A stretch of DNA of 64,000 nt from Chloroflexota bacterium (GTDB lineage Bacteria > Chloroflexota > Dehalococcoidia > UBA2979), in assembly GCA_027593235.1 (NCBI GenBank), contig JAQCIU010000015.1, forward strand, positions 8,847 to 72,846. Direction: 5' to 3'. Positions within the stretch are counted from its first letter, which is position 1. Each line of letters begins with the position of its first letter. The position numbers and the translations under genes are program-made. This document shows, piece after piece, positions 35,538 to 44,687 of this stretch. The notes below the pieces were generated by a model. The model saw nothing but the letters and a program-made list of their open reading frames with translations, was not told where the DNA came from and did no database searches.

Positions 35538-35707
35538 TGTCCCCGCCGTCCTTCCATTAGGTCCCGGCGCAGTCTAGTCGAACATTTGGTGGAGCGTCTT
35601 GTATGTCCGTGCAAGACGCCATCACGGGCCGCATGAGGAACGCGGGGACGGCCGCGCGGAGCCCCCCTGCATGCGCCGTGGTCGGGGTTTGGTGGCGGAC
35701 CGGACGT

Positions 35708-36670
35708 CTAGCTCTCGCAGCCGATGCCGTCGTGGTCATTGTCGAAGCGGTGCGGATCCGGTGGAAGCACCTGGAAGCGACGGAAGCTGATCTCGCCGCA
35801 ATCGAGGTCCGGTGGGGCCGGTGGAATGCAGACCGTCGGGTACGACGGGTGACAATTCGCCGGCGGGGCGGGCACCGTCGTGGCCGCGGGGGTCGGGGCA
35901 GGGGTCGGTACGGGGGTTGAGGTGGGGGGAGCGGTGGGCGCTGGCGTTGCTGGGGACGTCGGTGCAGCGGTTGCCACGGCCACGGGGGTACTGGCCGGGG
36001 TCCGCGTGGCGACCGGCGTTGGGGTTCGGGTGGGAGACGCGCCAACGACGGCGGCTGCTACGGGCGGGGCGGCCGGGGTTGGCGTAGCCGTCGCGGTTGC
36101 GGTCCGGGCGGCGACGTTGGCTGGCAAGTCGTCGTCGCAGGCCCAGAGGCCGAGGCCGGCGGCGCGCGCCTCATCCTCGGCGTCGCGCAAACGCTCGAGG
36201 TACTTGCGGTCCGGTCCGTCGGCGGAGAGCCGGGCGAATCCGCCGCGGAGGAGCTGCTCGTTCAACATCGAACCGTCGGGCAGGTAGACGTAGCGGAGGA
36301 GCCGACCCGAGGCGTCGAGATCGCTGACGTCCTGCTCTACCTCGATCGGTGAGCCGGGCGGGATGACCGCGGAGACGAACGAATTGGCGGCGTCGGCGAA
36401 GCACTGACCGAGGTCCGCATCGGGCGTTTCGATCGCGAGCAGGTGGACGGACTGGTCGCGTCCGTCGAGGGAAAGGACGAGGGTTTCGCCGCCCTCGATG
36501 CGGGTGACCACGCCGTGCGTCCGGATGGCCCGCCCGGGGATCGCCGACTCGCGGCCTGGTGCGGCGGTCGCGGACGGATTGGGTCTCGGCTCAGGCACGG
36601 CGGCACCGCAAGCGACGGCGGCTTCGAGGGCGAGCAGACTGGCCAGTGCCAGCAGCACAATTCGTTTCAC
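35708..36670 (-). CDS. Thermonuclease (SNase)-fold lipoprotein with Pro/Thr linker and Cys/Ca-binding C-terminal domain
   Basis: Lipobox-like VAC, GRLLRYVYL.DG.MLNE.LL..G.A, AR.A.LGLW, CHPSYP.VCIP...DNDHDGIGCE. Confidence 0.82.
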   Translation of the reverse strand: MKRIVLLALASLLALEAAVACGAAVPEPRPNPSATAAPGRESAIPGRAIRTHGVVTRIEGGETLVLSLDGRDQSVHLLAIETPDADLGQCFADAANSFVSAVIPPGSPIEVEQDVSDLDASGRLLRYVYLPDGSMLNEQLLRGGFARLSADGPDRKYLERLRDAEDEARAAGLGLWACDDDLPANVAARTATATATPTPAAPPVAAAVVGASPTRTPTPVATRTPASTPVAVATAAPTSPATPAPTAPPTSTPVPTPAPTPAATTVPAPPANCHPSYPTVCIPPAPPDLDCGEISFRRFQVLPPDPHRFDNDHDGIGCES

Positions 36671-36771
36671 GGTCGGGGTCCCCGCATTGTGACCGGCGTG
36701 GGGTCGTCGGCCGCGGGGAGCTTACCCGTTATTCAAAGGATTGTGTGTGGTTTCGGGGAGAATCGTCAGGT

Positions 36772-36954
36772 TCAGCGGCGGTCTGCACGCCAGAGCGCAC
36801 CTGCCAGCACCGCCACGCCGAGGCCGATCACCATCGAGGAGAGCGCGACCAGACCGCGCACCTCCCAGACGTCGGCGCTCTCGAGGAGGAACACGACCGA
36901 GAGTGCGATGAAGACGAGCCCGGCGATGACCGCGGACGGGTTGGTGTGGTTCAC
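36772..36954 (-). CDS. Small two-TM protein downstream of PspC gene
   Basis: SAVIAGLVFIAL..FLL, second TM; AGGAG RBS. Confidence 0.7.
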   Translation of the reverse strand: MNHTNPSAVIAGLVFIALSVVFLLESADVWEVRGLVALSSMVIGLGVAVLAGALWRADRR

Positions 36955-36958
36955 GGCG

Positions 36959-37840
36959 CTATCTCCTCACCTCGGACGAGCCGAAGGCGGTCGACGCGTT
37001 GATCAAGATCCGCTGTTCGGCGCGGTCGTAGTCGGGCGATTCGTAGTCCTCGCCGCTGCCGAAGACGGAAGTGGCCTCGACGCGGACGGGGGCGTCGCCG
37101 GGCAGGATCTGGATGCTGCCGAAGGCGGCGTTGACATCGATGTGAGTGGTGCCGGGGGGGAGGGTGGTGAGATCGAGTTCGCGGAGGTCCAGCGTGAGGC
37201 TGCCGAAGGCGGTGCTGTAGCCGTCCTCCAGGGCGGCGGCGCTGCGTGGCGATTCGGTGTGCTCGCTGAAGGCGTGTCCGGCGTCGATCTGGATGCCGAC
37301 GCTGAGGCCGCCGGCAGCGGCGAGGATGACGGACGCGCCGACACCGAGCGCGACGAGTCCGCCGTTCAATCCTCGGCGGGCCTGGGCGATGAGGCCGAGG
37401 CCGATGAGCCCGAGCGCGACGGCGAGGACCAGGCGCCAGGAAGGGACGCTGATATCGATGGAGCGCAGCAGCGCGATTGTGCCGAAGGCGATCAGGACGA
37501 CAGCGAGGATGAGCGGGCCACTGGTGCCGGCGGAGGCGTGCGCACTGGGGTCCTGATCCGTGGCGCGTCGCGTCGAGTCCTCGATGCCCTCCTCCGGCAT
37601 GATGACCTAGGCGATGACGTAGAGCAGCAGGCCGGTACCGGCGAAGAGGACGAGCGCAACCCACGCGATACGGATGAACACCGGATCGACATCGAGATAG
37701 GTGGCCAGTCCACCGGCAACGCCACCGATGACCTGATCGTCGCGGGAGCGCATCAGCCGGCGAGGGCCGGGCGGGGGTGGAGGCGGCGGGGCCGGTGGCG
37801 GTGCTTCTGTTCCGGCGTCCGCTTCGGTTTCGTTTGTCAT
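36959..37840 (-). pseudogene. PspC-LiaF-like fusion interrupted by in-frame TAG at 37607-37609
   Basis: L.RSRDD.VIGGVAGGLA.Y..VDP..IR (PspC), then LLYVIA*VIMPEE in the same frame, then TMs and FGSLTLDLR (LiaF/DUF2154-like). Confidence 0.75.
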
Positions 37841-38040
37841 CGTCGTCCCTCGTATCCCCAGTATGACCCACGCACCGATCAGGTCGAGGGCCACGTGGCC
37901 CAGGTAAGTGGGGCCTCGGGGGTACCTGCTCGCTTCCGGGGGTGTGGACCTGCCCGGATGGGTGATCCGAGGGTCGCCCGTCGGCGCGACGCTGGGGGTG
38001 CGCCGGAAACAATGATCGGCGCTGAACCGGAGATGACCAG

Positions 38041-38997
38041 ATGACAGAACAGAACACGCTCGCTGCCGTTTCGGACGGCCTAGCAGAAGCGGTAGAGCGG
38101 GTGACACCCGCGCTGGTGACGGTGAGCGCCCGACGGCGGATCCCCGCGACCGGGATCGTGTGGGCGCCGGGCCTGGTGGTCACGGCGGATCACGTGATTG
38201 AGGAGGTCGATGAGATCCGGGTGCGCCTGGACGGCTCGGACGAGGCCCAGCCGGCCGAGTTGATCGGGCGTGACCCGGGCTCGGACCTGGCGCTGTTGCG
38301 GGTCGACGGCGCTACCGGCGCGGTGTCGCAGGCGGAGCCGGATGCGACAAGGGTCGGGCACCTCGTGCTGGCGGTGGGCCGGCCGGGCTCGCAGCCCGAA
38401 GCGTCGCTTGGCGTGGTGAGCGCGATCGGGACGCTGGGTCGCGGACGACGCGGCCGGCGAGGTGGTCGCGGAGAGCGCGGTAGCCACGAGGCGGGGCGCG
38501 AGGGCGGTACCTACCTGCGGACCGACACGACGTTCTTCCCGGGCTTCTCCGGGGGACCGCTGGTGGACGCCTCCGGGTTGGTGGTGGGGCTGAATACCTC
38601 GCGATTCCGGCCCGGCAACGGCATCACGATTCCGAGCGCGACTGTGTCCGAGGTCGTGGATGCGCTGCGGCGGCACGGTCGCATCCGTCGCGCCTATGTC
38701 GGCATCGGGAGCCAGGTGACGCGTCTTCCGGCGGCGCTGACGGCGAAACTCGGTGGCGAGCTGAGCGACCTCGAGTCTGGGCTGCTGGTGCTTGGCATCG
38801 AGGAGGGCAGCCCGGCGGAGCAAGCGGGACTGCTCGTCGGCGATGTGCTGGTCGGCTTCGATGGGGTGCCGCTGGCGCGGACCGAGGATTTGCAGGAGCA
38901 GCTCGATGCCGATCGCGTCGGTGTCGCAAGTGAACTGACGGTGCTGCGGGGCGGCGAACCGGCAACCGTGATTGTTACGCCCGCGGAACGACCATAG
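38041..38997 (+). CDS. Trypsin-like serine protease with PDZ domain (HtrA-like, no signal peptide)
   Basis: TADHV, SDLALL, PGFSGGPL triad; GSPAEQAGLLVGD PDZ. Confidence 0.9.
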   Translation: MTEQNTLAAVSDGLAEAVERVTPALVTVSARRRIPATGIVWAPGLVVTADHVIEEVDEIRVRLDGSDEAQPAELIGRDPGSDLALLRVDGATGAVSQAEPDATRVGHLVLAVGRPGSQPEASLGVVSAIGTLGRGRRGRRGGRGERGSHEAGREGGTYLRTDTTFFPGFSGGPLVDASGLVVGLNTSRFRPGNGITIPSATVSEVVDALRRHGRIRRAYVGIGSQVTRLPAALTAKLGGELSDLESGLLVLGIEEGSPAEQAGLLVGDVLVGFDGVPLARTEDLQEQLDADRVGVASELTVLRGGEPATVIVTPAERP

Positions 38998-39137
38998 TCG
39001 CGGCGGCGGTCCGGGCCGGTGCTCCGAGGAGTACACCGGGTGGTGCGCAGAGCGGTGCTCCGGGCGGCGCCGATCGGATCATCGAGGGGAGCGCACTGCG
39101 TACGCTGGAGCGACGGCCCAGCGATGGACGGAGTGCG

Positions 39138-39752
39138 GTGAATCAGGGATCGATCCGGGTGCTGGTCGGCGCACGCAGCCCCGCTGTGCGCGCCGGCCTC
39201 CGCGAGCTGCTGGAGCGCGCGGGCTTCACGGTCGGTGGCGAATCCTCGACGGAGGCGCTCGCGGACGTGGCGACCGACGACGTTGACGTGCTCGTCGCGG
39301 AGATCGGCGGCAACCGCGAATTGTTCGACGCGCTGCGCGGCGAGCTGGCGGATGTGCCTGCGGTCTTGCTCGCCGAGCGTGCCGGCCCATTCGACCCGGA
39401 GGCGGCACCGCGGGCGTGGCTTACGCCCGAGGTGAGCGCGAGCGCACTGGCGGCGGCGGTTCGCGCCGTGGTCGCCGGGCTCGCGGTCTACGCTCCGGAG
39501 CTGGCGCCCACCGGTGGCGCGAGCGGCCTCGGGGGCGACAGCGGCGGCGTCGTGGCTGCGATTACCGAGCGCGAGCACGACGTGCTGGAGTTGCTGGCGG
39601 CTGGCCTGCCGAACAAGGGGATCGCGCTCCGGCTTGGGATCAGCGAGCACACGGTGAAGTTCCACGTGGGGTCGTTGCTCTCGAAGCTGGAGGCGCAGTC
39701 ACGGACGGAGGTGGTGGCGATCGCGGCGCGGCAGGGGCTGCTGACGCTCTAG
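39138..39752 (+). CDS. NarL/LuxR-family regulator with degenerate receiver
   Basis: ITEREHDVLELLAAGLPNKGIA.RLGISEHTVKFHV HTH; expected phospho-Asp position reads E (DVLVAE). Confidence 0.88.
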   Translation: MNQGSIRVLVGARSPAVRAGLRELLERAGFTVGGESSTEALADVATDDVDVLVAEIGGNRELFDALRGELADVPAVLLAERAGPFDPEAAPRAWLTPEVSASALAAAVRAVVAGLAVYAPELAPTGGASGLGGDSGGVVAAITEREHDVLELLAAGLPNKGIALRLGISEHTVKFHVGSLLSKLEAQSRTEVVAIAARQGLLTL

Positions 39753-39819
39753 CGGCCTACTCTCGATCCGGTGGAAGCCGGGCGTCCGACGTCGGACGCA
39801 CGTGTCGAGGGTGGTGGTG

Positions 39820-40686
39820 ATGAGGCGCTGGACTTCGATCCTCGTTGTCGCGGTTGTCCTCGGGGTGGTCACGCTCTCCGCGTGCTTGTCTTCGTCCGCA
39901 GAGTCGGCGCCGGGGTCGTTTTACCTCGAGGCGACGATCACGGTGGTCGATGATCGGGTTGGTGCGGCGGAGCCGGAGGTGGTGACGTACGTCCGCTGGT
40001 GGTCCGAGTCGGTCGACCGGTGGCGCTGGGAGTTCGATCAGTCAGGCGGGCACGGAGCGAGCGCCGACGGGTCCTACTCACTTTCAGACGGCGAGACGGT
40101 CTGGTTCTACGACGCGAGGACGAACACGTACCAACGGGCAGAGCCGTTCGACCTTCCGGAAGGATTCGTGGCGACACCGCTGCCTATCTCGGTGCTGTTC
40201 GGGCCGGCGAACGTTGATTCGCTGGACGACCTGGCAGGTTCGCTGCTGCTGCGCGACGACCAGATGGATGTGGTGCGCGGCGGGTCGGAGTCGATCCTCG
40301 GAGTGGAGACGGCACTGCTGGACTACCGACCGACATGGCGCGCGGCGAGCACGACCAGCACGGCGCCCGGAGCCTCGGGTACGCCAACCCCGTCCGCCGA
40401 GGAGGCGAGTGCGGGCGGTGTCGGGCGGATGTGGGTCGACGAGGATCGGATGTTCATTCTGCGGCACGAGATCGATGGCGAATCGAACCGCCAATACGTG
40501 CTCGTCGAGGTGACGCGCGTCGATTACGACGTGGCATTCGGCGACGACCGCTTCGCCTTCACGCCGCCGCTGGGTGCGGTGGAGGAGGCGTCCGGCGCGG
40601 GAGGCGTGACAACGGAGCGAGGTACGGCCTCGGGGGGGCGCGGCCGGCGACTGACGTGCGGTCGACTCGCAGCGAGCGGGTGCTAG
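39820..40686 (+). CDS. LolA/DUF2092-like fold lipoprotein
   Basis: Lipobox LSAC, SDGETVWFYD...N, WVDED..FILR, FAFTPP.GA. Confidence 0.7.
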   Translation: MRRWTSILVVAVVLGVVTLSACLSSSAESAPGSFYLEATITVVDDRVGAAEPEVVTYVRWWSESVDRWRWEFDQSGGHGASADGSYSLSDGETVWFYDARTNTYQRAEPFDLPEGFVATPLPISVLFGPANVDSLDDLAGSLLLRDDQMDVVRGGSESILGVETALLDYRPTWRAASTTSTAPGASGTPTPSAEEASAGGVGRMWVDEDRMFILRHEIDGESNRQYVLVEVTRVDYDVAFGDDRFAFTPPLGAVEEASGAGGVTTERGTASGGRGRRLTCGRLAASGC

Positions 40687-41450
40687 AGGATGCCGCCGCC
40701 ATCGAGGACGAGCGTCTGTCCGGTCACGAAGGATGAGGCGTCGCTCGCCAGGTAGACAACGGCTCCGGCCATCTCATCCGGCATCCCGATGCGTCCGAGG
40801 GCGACGTCGCTGGATTCCGCGCCGGCGGCTTCGCGGGTCTCCCAGAGGGCGCGCGAGAAATCGGTCTTGATCAGACCGGGTGCGATGCAGTTGACGCGGA
40901 TTCCGTCGGCGCCCCACTGCGTGGCGAGTACCTGGGTGAGCATGATGATCGCGGCCTTGGAGACGGAGTAGATCGGGAGCTGCGCGGAGGCACGGATCCC
41001 ACCGACCGAGCTGACGTTGATCACCGTCCCGCCCTCGCCGTGCTCCTTCATCGCCTCGCGAGCGGCTTTGGCGAGGAAGAACGCGGATTTCACGTTGGTG
41101 TTCATCACCACATCCCAGGCACGCTCGTCGACGTTGTCGACCGGGCCGAAGATGGGGTTGGTGGCGGCGTTGTTGACGAGGATATCGACGCGGCCGAACT
41201 CGGCCTTGGTCTGGTCGACGAGGGCCTGGAGCGAGTCCAGTTCGCGGACGTTCGTCGGGATGCCGATGCCGCGGCGTCCGGTCGCGTTGACCGTGGCGAC
41301 TGCCTCCTCGAGGGCTTCGGGCTTGCGCGCGGCGATGGCGACGTTGGCGCCGGCCTCGGCGAGGCCGATCGCGATGGAACGGCCGATGCCGCGGCTCCCG
41401 CCGGTGACGATGGCGACTTTGCCATCGAGCGAAAAGTCGACGATAGGCAT
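40683..41450 (-). CDS. SDR-family oxidoreductase
   Basis: TGGSRGIG, NNA, YSVSK, RVNCIAPG. Confidence 0.93.
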   Translation of the reverse strand: MPIVDFSLDGKVAIVTGGSRGIGRSIAIGLAEAGANVAIAARKPEALEEAVATVNATGRRGIGIPTNVRELDSLQALVDQTKAEFGRVDILVNNAATNPIFGPVDNVDERAWDVVMNTNVKSAFFLAKAAREAMKEHGEGGTVINVSSVGGIRASAQLPIYSVSKAAIIMLTQVLATQWGADGIRVNCIAPGLIKTDFSRALWETREAAGAESSDVALGRIGMPDEMAGAVVYLASDASSFVTGQTLVLDGGGIL

Positions 41451-41542
41451 ACTGGACCTCCGGCGCGTGCGTGTCTGATCGAGCGCGACGATAGCCGGTT
41501 TCGAGATTGAGCGCGCCCCGCCTCGCGGGTCCGGAGGATTCG

Positions 41543-41845
41543 ATGCGAATCGTCGCCAAGCTGCTTGAGGACTTCGCCGGGGACTGGCACTGGGTGGACC
41601 TGAAGAATGCGCGCGAGGTCGATCCGGAGAACCGGGTGTTCGAGATCGATAGTGCGAGCACGGTCTGCGGCATCCGGCTGAGTGGGCCGACGCGGACGCG
41701 ACTGCACGAGACCGGCGCGCCCTCCGAGCCGGATTGCCCGAGTTGCCTGGACGGGGACAGTGGCGGCATCAGCCCCGGTCTGCGCCGCGAGATCGAAGAG
41801 GCGCTGGGCGTGGAGACCGAGGTCGCGGAACCGGTCGCCCGTTAG
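41543..41845 (+). CDS. Small hypothetical protein with H...CG...CxxC putative Zn site
   Basis: GGAGGA RBS before ATG 41543; WH, TVCG, CPSC. Confidence 0.6.
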   Translation: MRIVAKLLEDFAGDWHWVDLKNAREVDPENRVFEIDSASTVCGIRLSGPTRTRLHETGAPSEPDCPSCLDGDSGGISPGLRREIEEALGVETEVAEPVAR

Positions 41846-41915
41846 CGGGGACCGAACGGCGTCGCACGACTCGCCTGACAACTCCTCCGGCGGCAGGTCC
41901 GGACGGACGACGGAG

Positions 41916-42416
41916 CTACAGCTGCTCGAGCGGCCGGCCGATGCTCTTGAGGAAGTCCCACCAATCGAACTCGCCGGGTGAGTGGCCGAAGGTCGAGGCC
42001 ATCACGGCGAGTTCGCTGCGATGCTGACCCTGGTGTTGGACGAACTGCGAAATGACGTTGGCGCGGGTCGTGCGGTACCGCTCGCTGAAGAGGCGCAGTT
42101 CGAAGGGCTCATCGAGCTGCTCGTCGGTGAGCGAGTCGAGGAGCGCGAGCCATCCCTCGCGGACCGAAGCCCAGGCGGCGCAGAGCGCGGCGAGATCCTC
42201 GGGCGCGCGGTCGGCGGGTGAGACGTCGGCGCCCTGGAGGCGGGCGAGGAAGCCGCGCTCGAACATATACATGTGGCGGAGGGTGTTGAGCGGCGACGCG
42301 GCGCCCTCGGACGGTGCTTCGTCGAGGCGTTCGGGTGTCAGCGCCAGCGCGGCGAGGTTCTTGTCCAGGCCCCAGTAGGCGTGCTCGATGAACGTGCGGA
42401 AGTGCTGGACGGTCAT
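41916..42416 (-). CDS. DinB-family protein
   Basis: TLRHM..E, QFVQHQGQHRSEL...GHSP. Confidence 0.85.
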   Translation of the reverse strand: MTVQHFRTFIEHAYWGLDKNLAALALTPERLDEAPSEGAASPLNTLRHMYMFERGFLARLQGADVSPADRAPEDLAALCAAWASVREGWLALLDSLTDEQLDEPFELRLFSERYRTTRANVISQFVQHQGQHRSELAVMASTFGHSPGEFDWWDFLKSIGRPLEQL

Positions 42417-42470
42417 TGCGCGAGATCCATTCGATGATCGAAGCGGAGCAGACACGTTAGCTCAGCGCGG

Positions 42471-42785
42471 CTAGCTCCGGGTGGGCTGAACGAGGCGAAG
42501 CTGAGCTTCGCTGGAGAGCTGCACCCAGGCTTCGAGGGCCGCGTGGTAGGAGGCGAGCCAGTCCTCGAAGGCTCGCTCGACATCCTCGCGGTCGGGCCAC
42601 GGTTGGCTCAGGACCTTCGCGACGGCGGCATCCGGATCGTGTGTCTGGCGCCAGCTTGCGCGCCAGTACGCCATCGCGCCGGCGACATCGACGATCTGCG
42701 CATCGAGCGAGGAGAGTCGGCCGGCTGCGAAGTCGAGACGTCGTTTGGCCTCGGTGTAGTGCTGCTCGCGGCTGTCGATACGCAT
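42471..42785 (-). CDS. Hypothetical helical protein
   Basis: 104-aa ORF, Trp-rich helical pattern, no overlap with neighbours. Confidence 0.55.
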   Translation of the reverse strand: MRIDSREQHYTEAKRRLDFAAGRLSSLDAQIVDVAGAMAYWRASWRQTHDPDAAVAKVLSQPWPDREDVERAFEDWLASYHAALEAWVQLSSEAQLRLVQPTRS

Positions 42786-42907
42786 GGCGCCACCGTAGTG
42801 GCGGGGCGGCGAATCAGGCTGGGATACCTATTTAGGGAAACGTATAAATAGGGGGAACCGAGCGGTCGGTCAGCGGGGGCCGGATCGGGCGGGCTGACCG
42901 GGAAGGC

Positions 42908-43537
42908 CTACGACGAGCGGTGCTGCGTGCGCTGGAAGTCCTCGGTGGAGTTCGTGCGTGGGTAGGGTTCCGTCGGGACGGGGACCTCCAGGAAGGCGCA
43001 GAGCGGCTCCCAGCCGTCACCCGCTTCGAAGAGCAAGAGACGATCGGCCGCGATCGTGGCTTGCACGGTGGCGAGGTGCTCGTTGTAGACCGCGATGGCA
43101 GCGGTCTGATCGTTGGCCTGGCCGCGCAGGTCGCGCGCCCAGATCAGTTCGTTCGCCCATGCGGCCCAGCGGCGCTGGTCCGGATCATTCGAGTCGAGGG
43201 CGGCGACGGTCGAGGGATAGATCGTGTTGTGGATGCTGCGGAACCAGCCCTCGGGATCGCGGGTGCTGAGGATGACCTTCGCGTCCGGGTAGTAGTCGGC
43301 GAGTTCACGCCAGAAGCCCGCGACAGGCCAGTCGACACCGGCACGGTAACCGTCGAAGAGGCGATCCCAGTCGGGGCGCTCGCCGTTGACCGCTGCTTCC
43401 CAGAGCGCGTTGTGCTCGGGGTGCTGGAATACCTCCACCATGTGGTAGCACTGCTCGTAGCCCAGCTGCTGCAGGGCGATCTGGAGCGAGCGCGTCCCGG
43501 TCCGGCCGAAGCCGGCCCCGATGACCTCGAGTGCCAT
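42908..43537 (-). CDS. Sulfotransferase-family (P-loop) protein
   Basis: VIGAGFGRTGT.SL, CYHM.EV, VDWP, DGWEPLCAFL..PVP..PYP..N. Confidence 0.9.
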   Translation of the reverse strand: MALEVIGAGFGRTGTRSLQIALQQLGYEQCYHMVEVFQHPEHNALWEAAVNGERPDWDRLFDGYRAGVDWPVAGFWRELADYYPDAKVILSTRDPEGWFRSIHNTIYPSTVAALDSNDPDQRRWAAWANELIWARDLRGQANDQTAAIAVYNEHLATVQATIAADRLLLFEAGDGWEPLCAFLEVPVPTEPYPRTNSTEDFQRTQHRSS

Positions 43538-43617
43538 GGATCCTCCTCGGTCGTGGCATTCGGCCGACGCTAGCAGACCGCGCGCCCGCTGGCCGGGCGG
43601 CAGCGAGTCGGCCAGGG

Positions 43618-44547
43618 CTAGTCGAACTGGTGTTGCAGGTAGTGCTCGGAGCGGATGGCGGCGGTGACGCCGTCCCCGACGGCCGACGCGAGCTGGCGGG
43701 CCGAATCCACGCGGACGTCGCCGGCGACGTAGAAGCCGGGCTGTTCCGTCTCCATCCAGAGGTTCACGAAGGCGTGTCCGCCCTCGTCCAGTTTCGCCAG
43801 GTCGCCCAGCAGCTCCGAGTTGGGGTGATGGCCGATGAAGATGAAGACGCCGCCGACGGCGAGGGTGCGCCGTTCGTCGGTTTGCAGGTCGTGGAGGGTC
43901 ACCTCGTCAACGTCGGTGTCGCCAGCGATGGTTTCGACGACGGTGTTCCAGATGAACGCGATCTTGTCGTTGGCGCGCGCGCGATCCTGGAGGATGCGCG
44001 AGGCGCGGAGCTCGTCACGCCGGTGGATGATGTGGACCTGCGAGGCGTAGCGGGTCAGGAAGATCGCCTCCTCGACCGCCGCGTCTCCACCGCCAACGAC
44101 GGCGACGATCTCGTCCTTGAAGAAGGCGCCGTCGCAGGTGGCGCAGTAGGACACGCCCTTGCCGGTGAACTGCTCCTCGCCGGGCACGTTGAGCTTCACG
44201 GGATCGGCGCCCGCGGCGACGATGACGGTCTTCGCGCGGTAGCTGCCGCTGTCGGCTTCGAGGACGAACTGGGGGCCCACTGGTTCGCGCGTGATGCGCG
44301 TGATGCCCTCGTACTTCGTCTCCATGCCGAACTGCTCGGCCTGACGATGCATATCGAGGGCGAGGATTGGACCTTCGACGCCGTCCGGGAAGCCCGGATA
44401 GTTCTCGACAGTGCCGGTAATGGCGATCTGGCCGCCCAGCACGCCGCGTTCCCAGACAACGGTGCGGCGCTTTGCGCGCGCGGTGTAGAGAGCGGCGGCG
44501 AGGCCGGTGGGCCCGCCGCCGATGATTGCTACGTCAACGTCCTCCAT
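43618..44547 (-). CDS. trxB: Thioredoxin-disulfide reductase
   Basis: GGGPTGL, ENYPGF, SYCATCDG, GGGDAAVEEA, HRR. Confidence 0.96.
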   Translation of the reverse strand: MEDVDVAIIGGGPTGLAAALYTARAKRRTVVWERGVLGGQIAITGTVENYPGFPDGVEGPILALDMHRQAEQFGMETKYEGITRITREPVGPQFVLEADSGSYRAKTVIVAAGADPVKLNVPGEEQFTGKGVSYCATCDGAFFKDEIVAVVGGGDAAVEEAIFLTRYASQVHIIHRRDELRASRILQDRARANDKIAFIWNTVVETIAGDTDVDEVTLHDLQTDERRTLAVGGVFIFIGHHPNSELLGDLAKLDEGGHAFVNLWMETEQPGFYVAGDVRVDSARQLASAVGDGVTAAIRSEHYLQHQFD

Positions 44548-44687
44548 CGAGGGTCCTTTCAATCGCGGTCAACGGATCCGATGGGCGCCGGTGGGAAATC
44601 GGCCGCGCTCCGGGGGAACGTCCAGACTACGATGGCGGTCGGCGGCGGCCAGTGACCATCGCTACCAAATCGTGATTGCAGGCAGGC

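Noticed and set aside
40630-40686. Unusual basic/Cys C-terminal tail of the LolA-like lipoprotein
   Set aside because: Removing one G from the G7 run gives SGGAAGD-stop; probably a homopolymer error or trivial slippage
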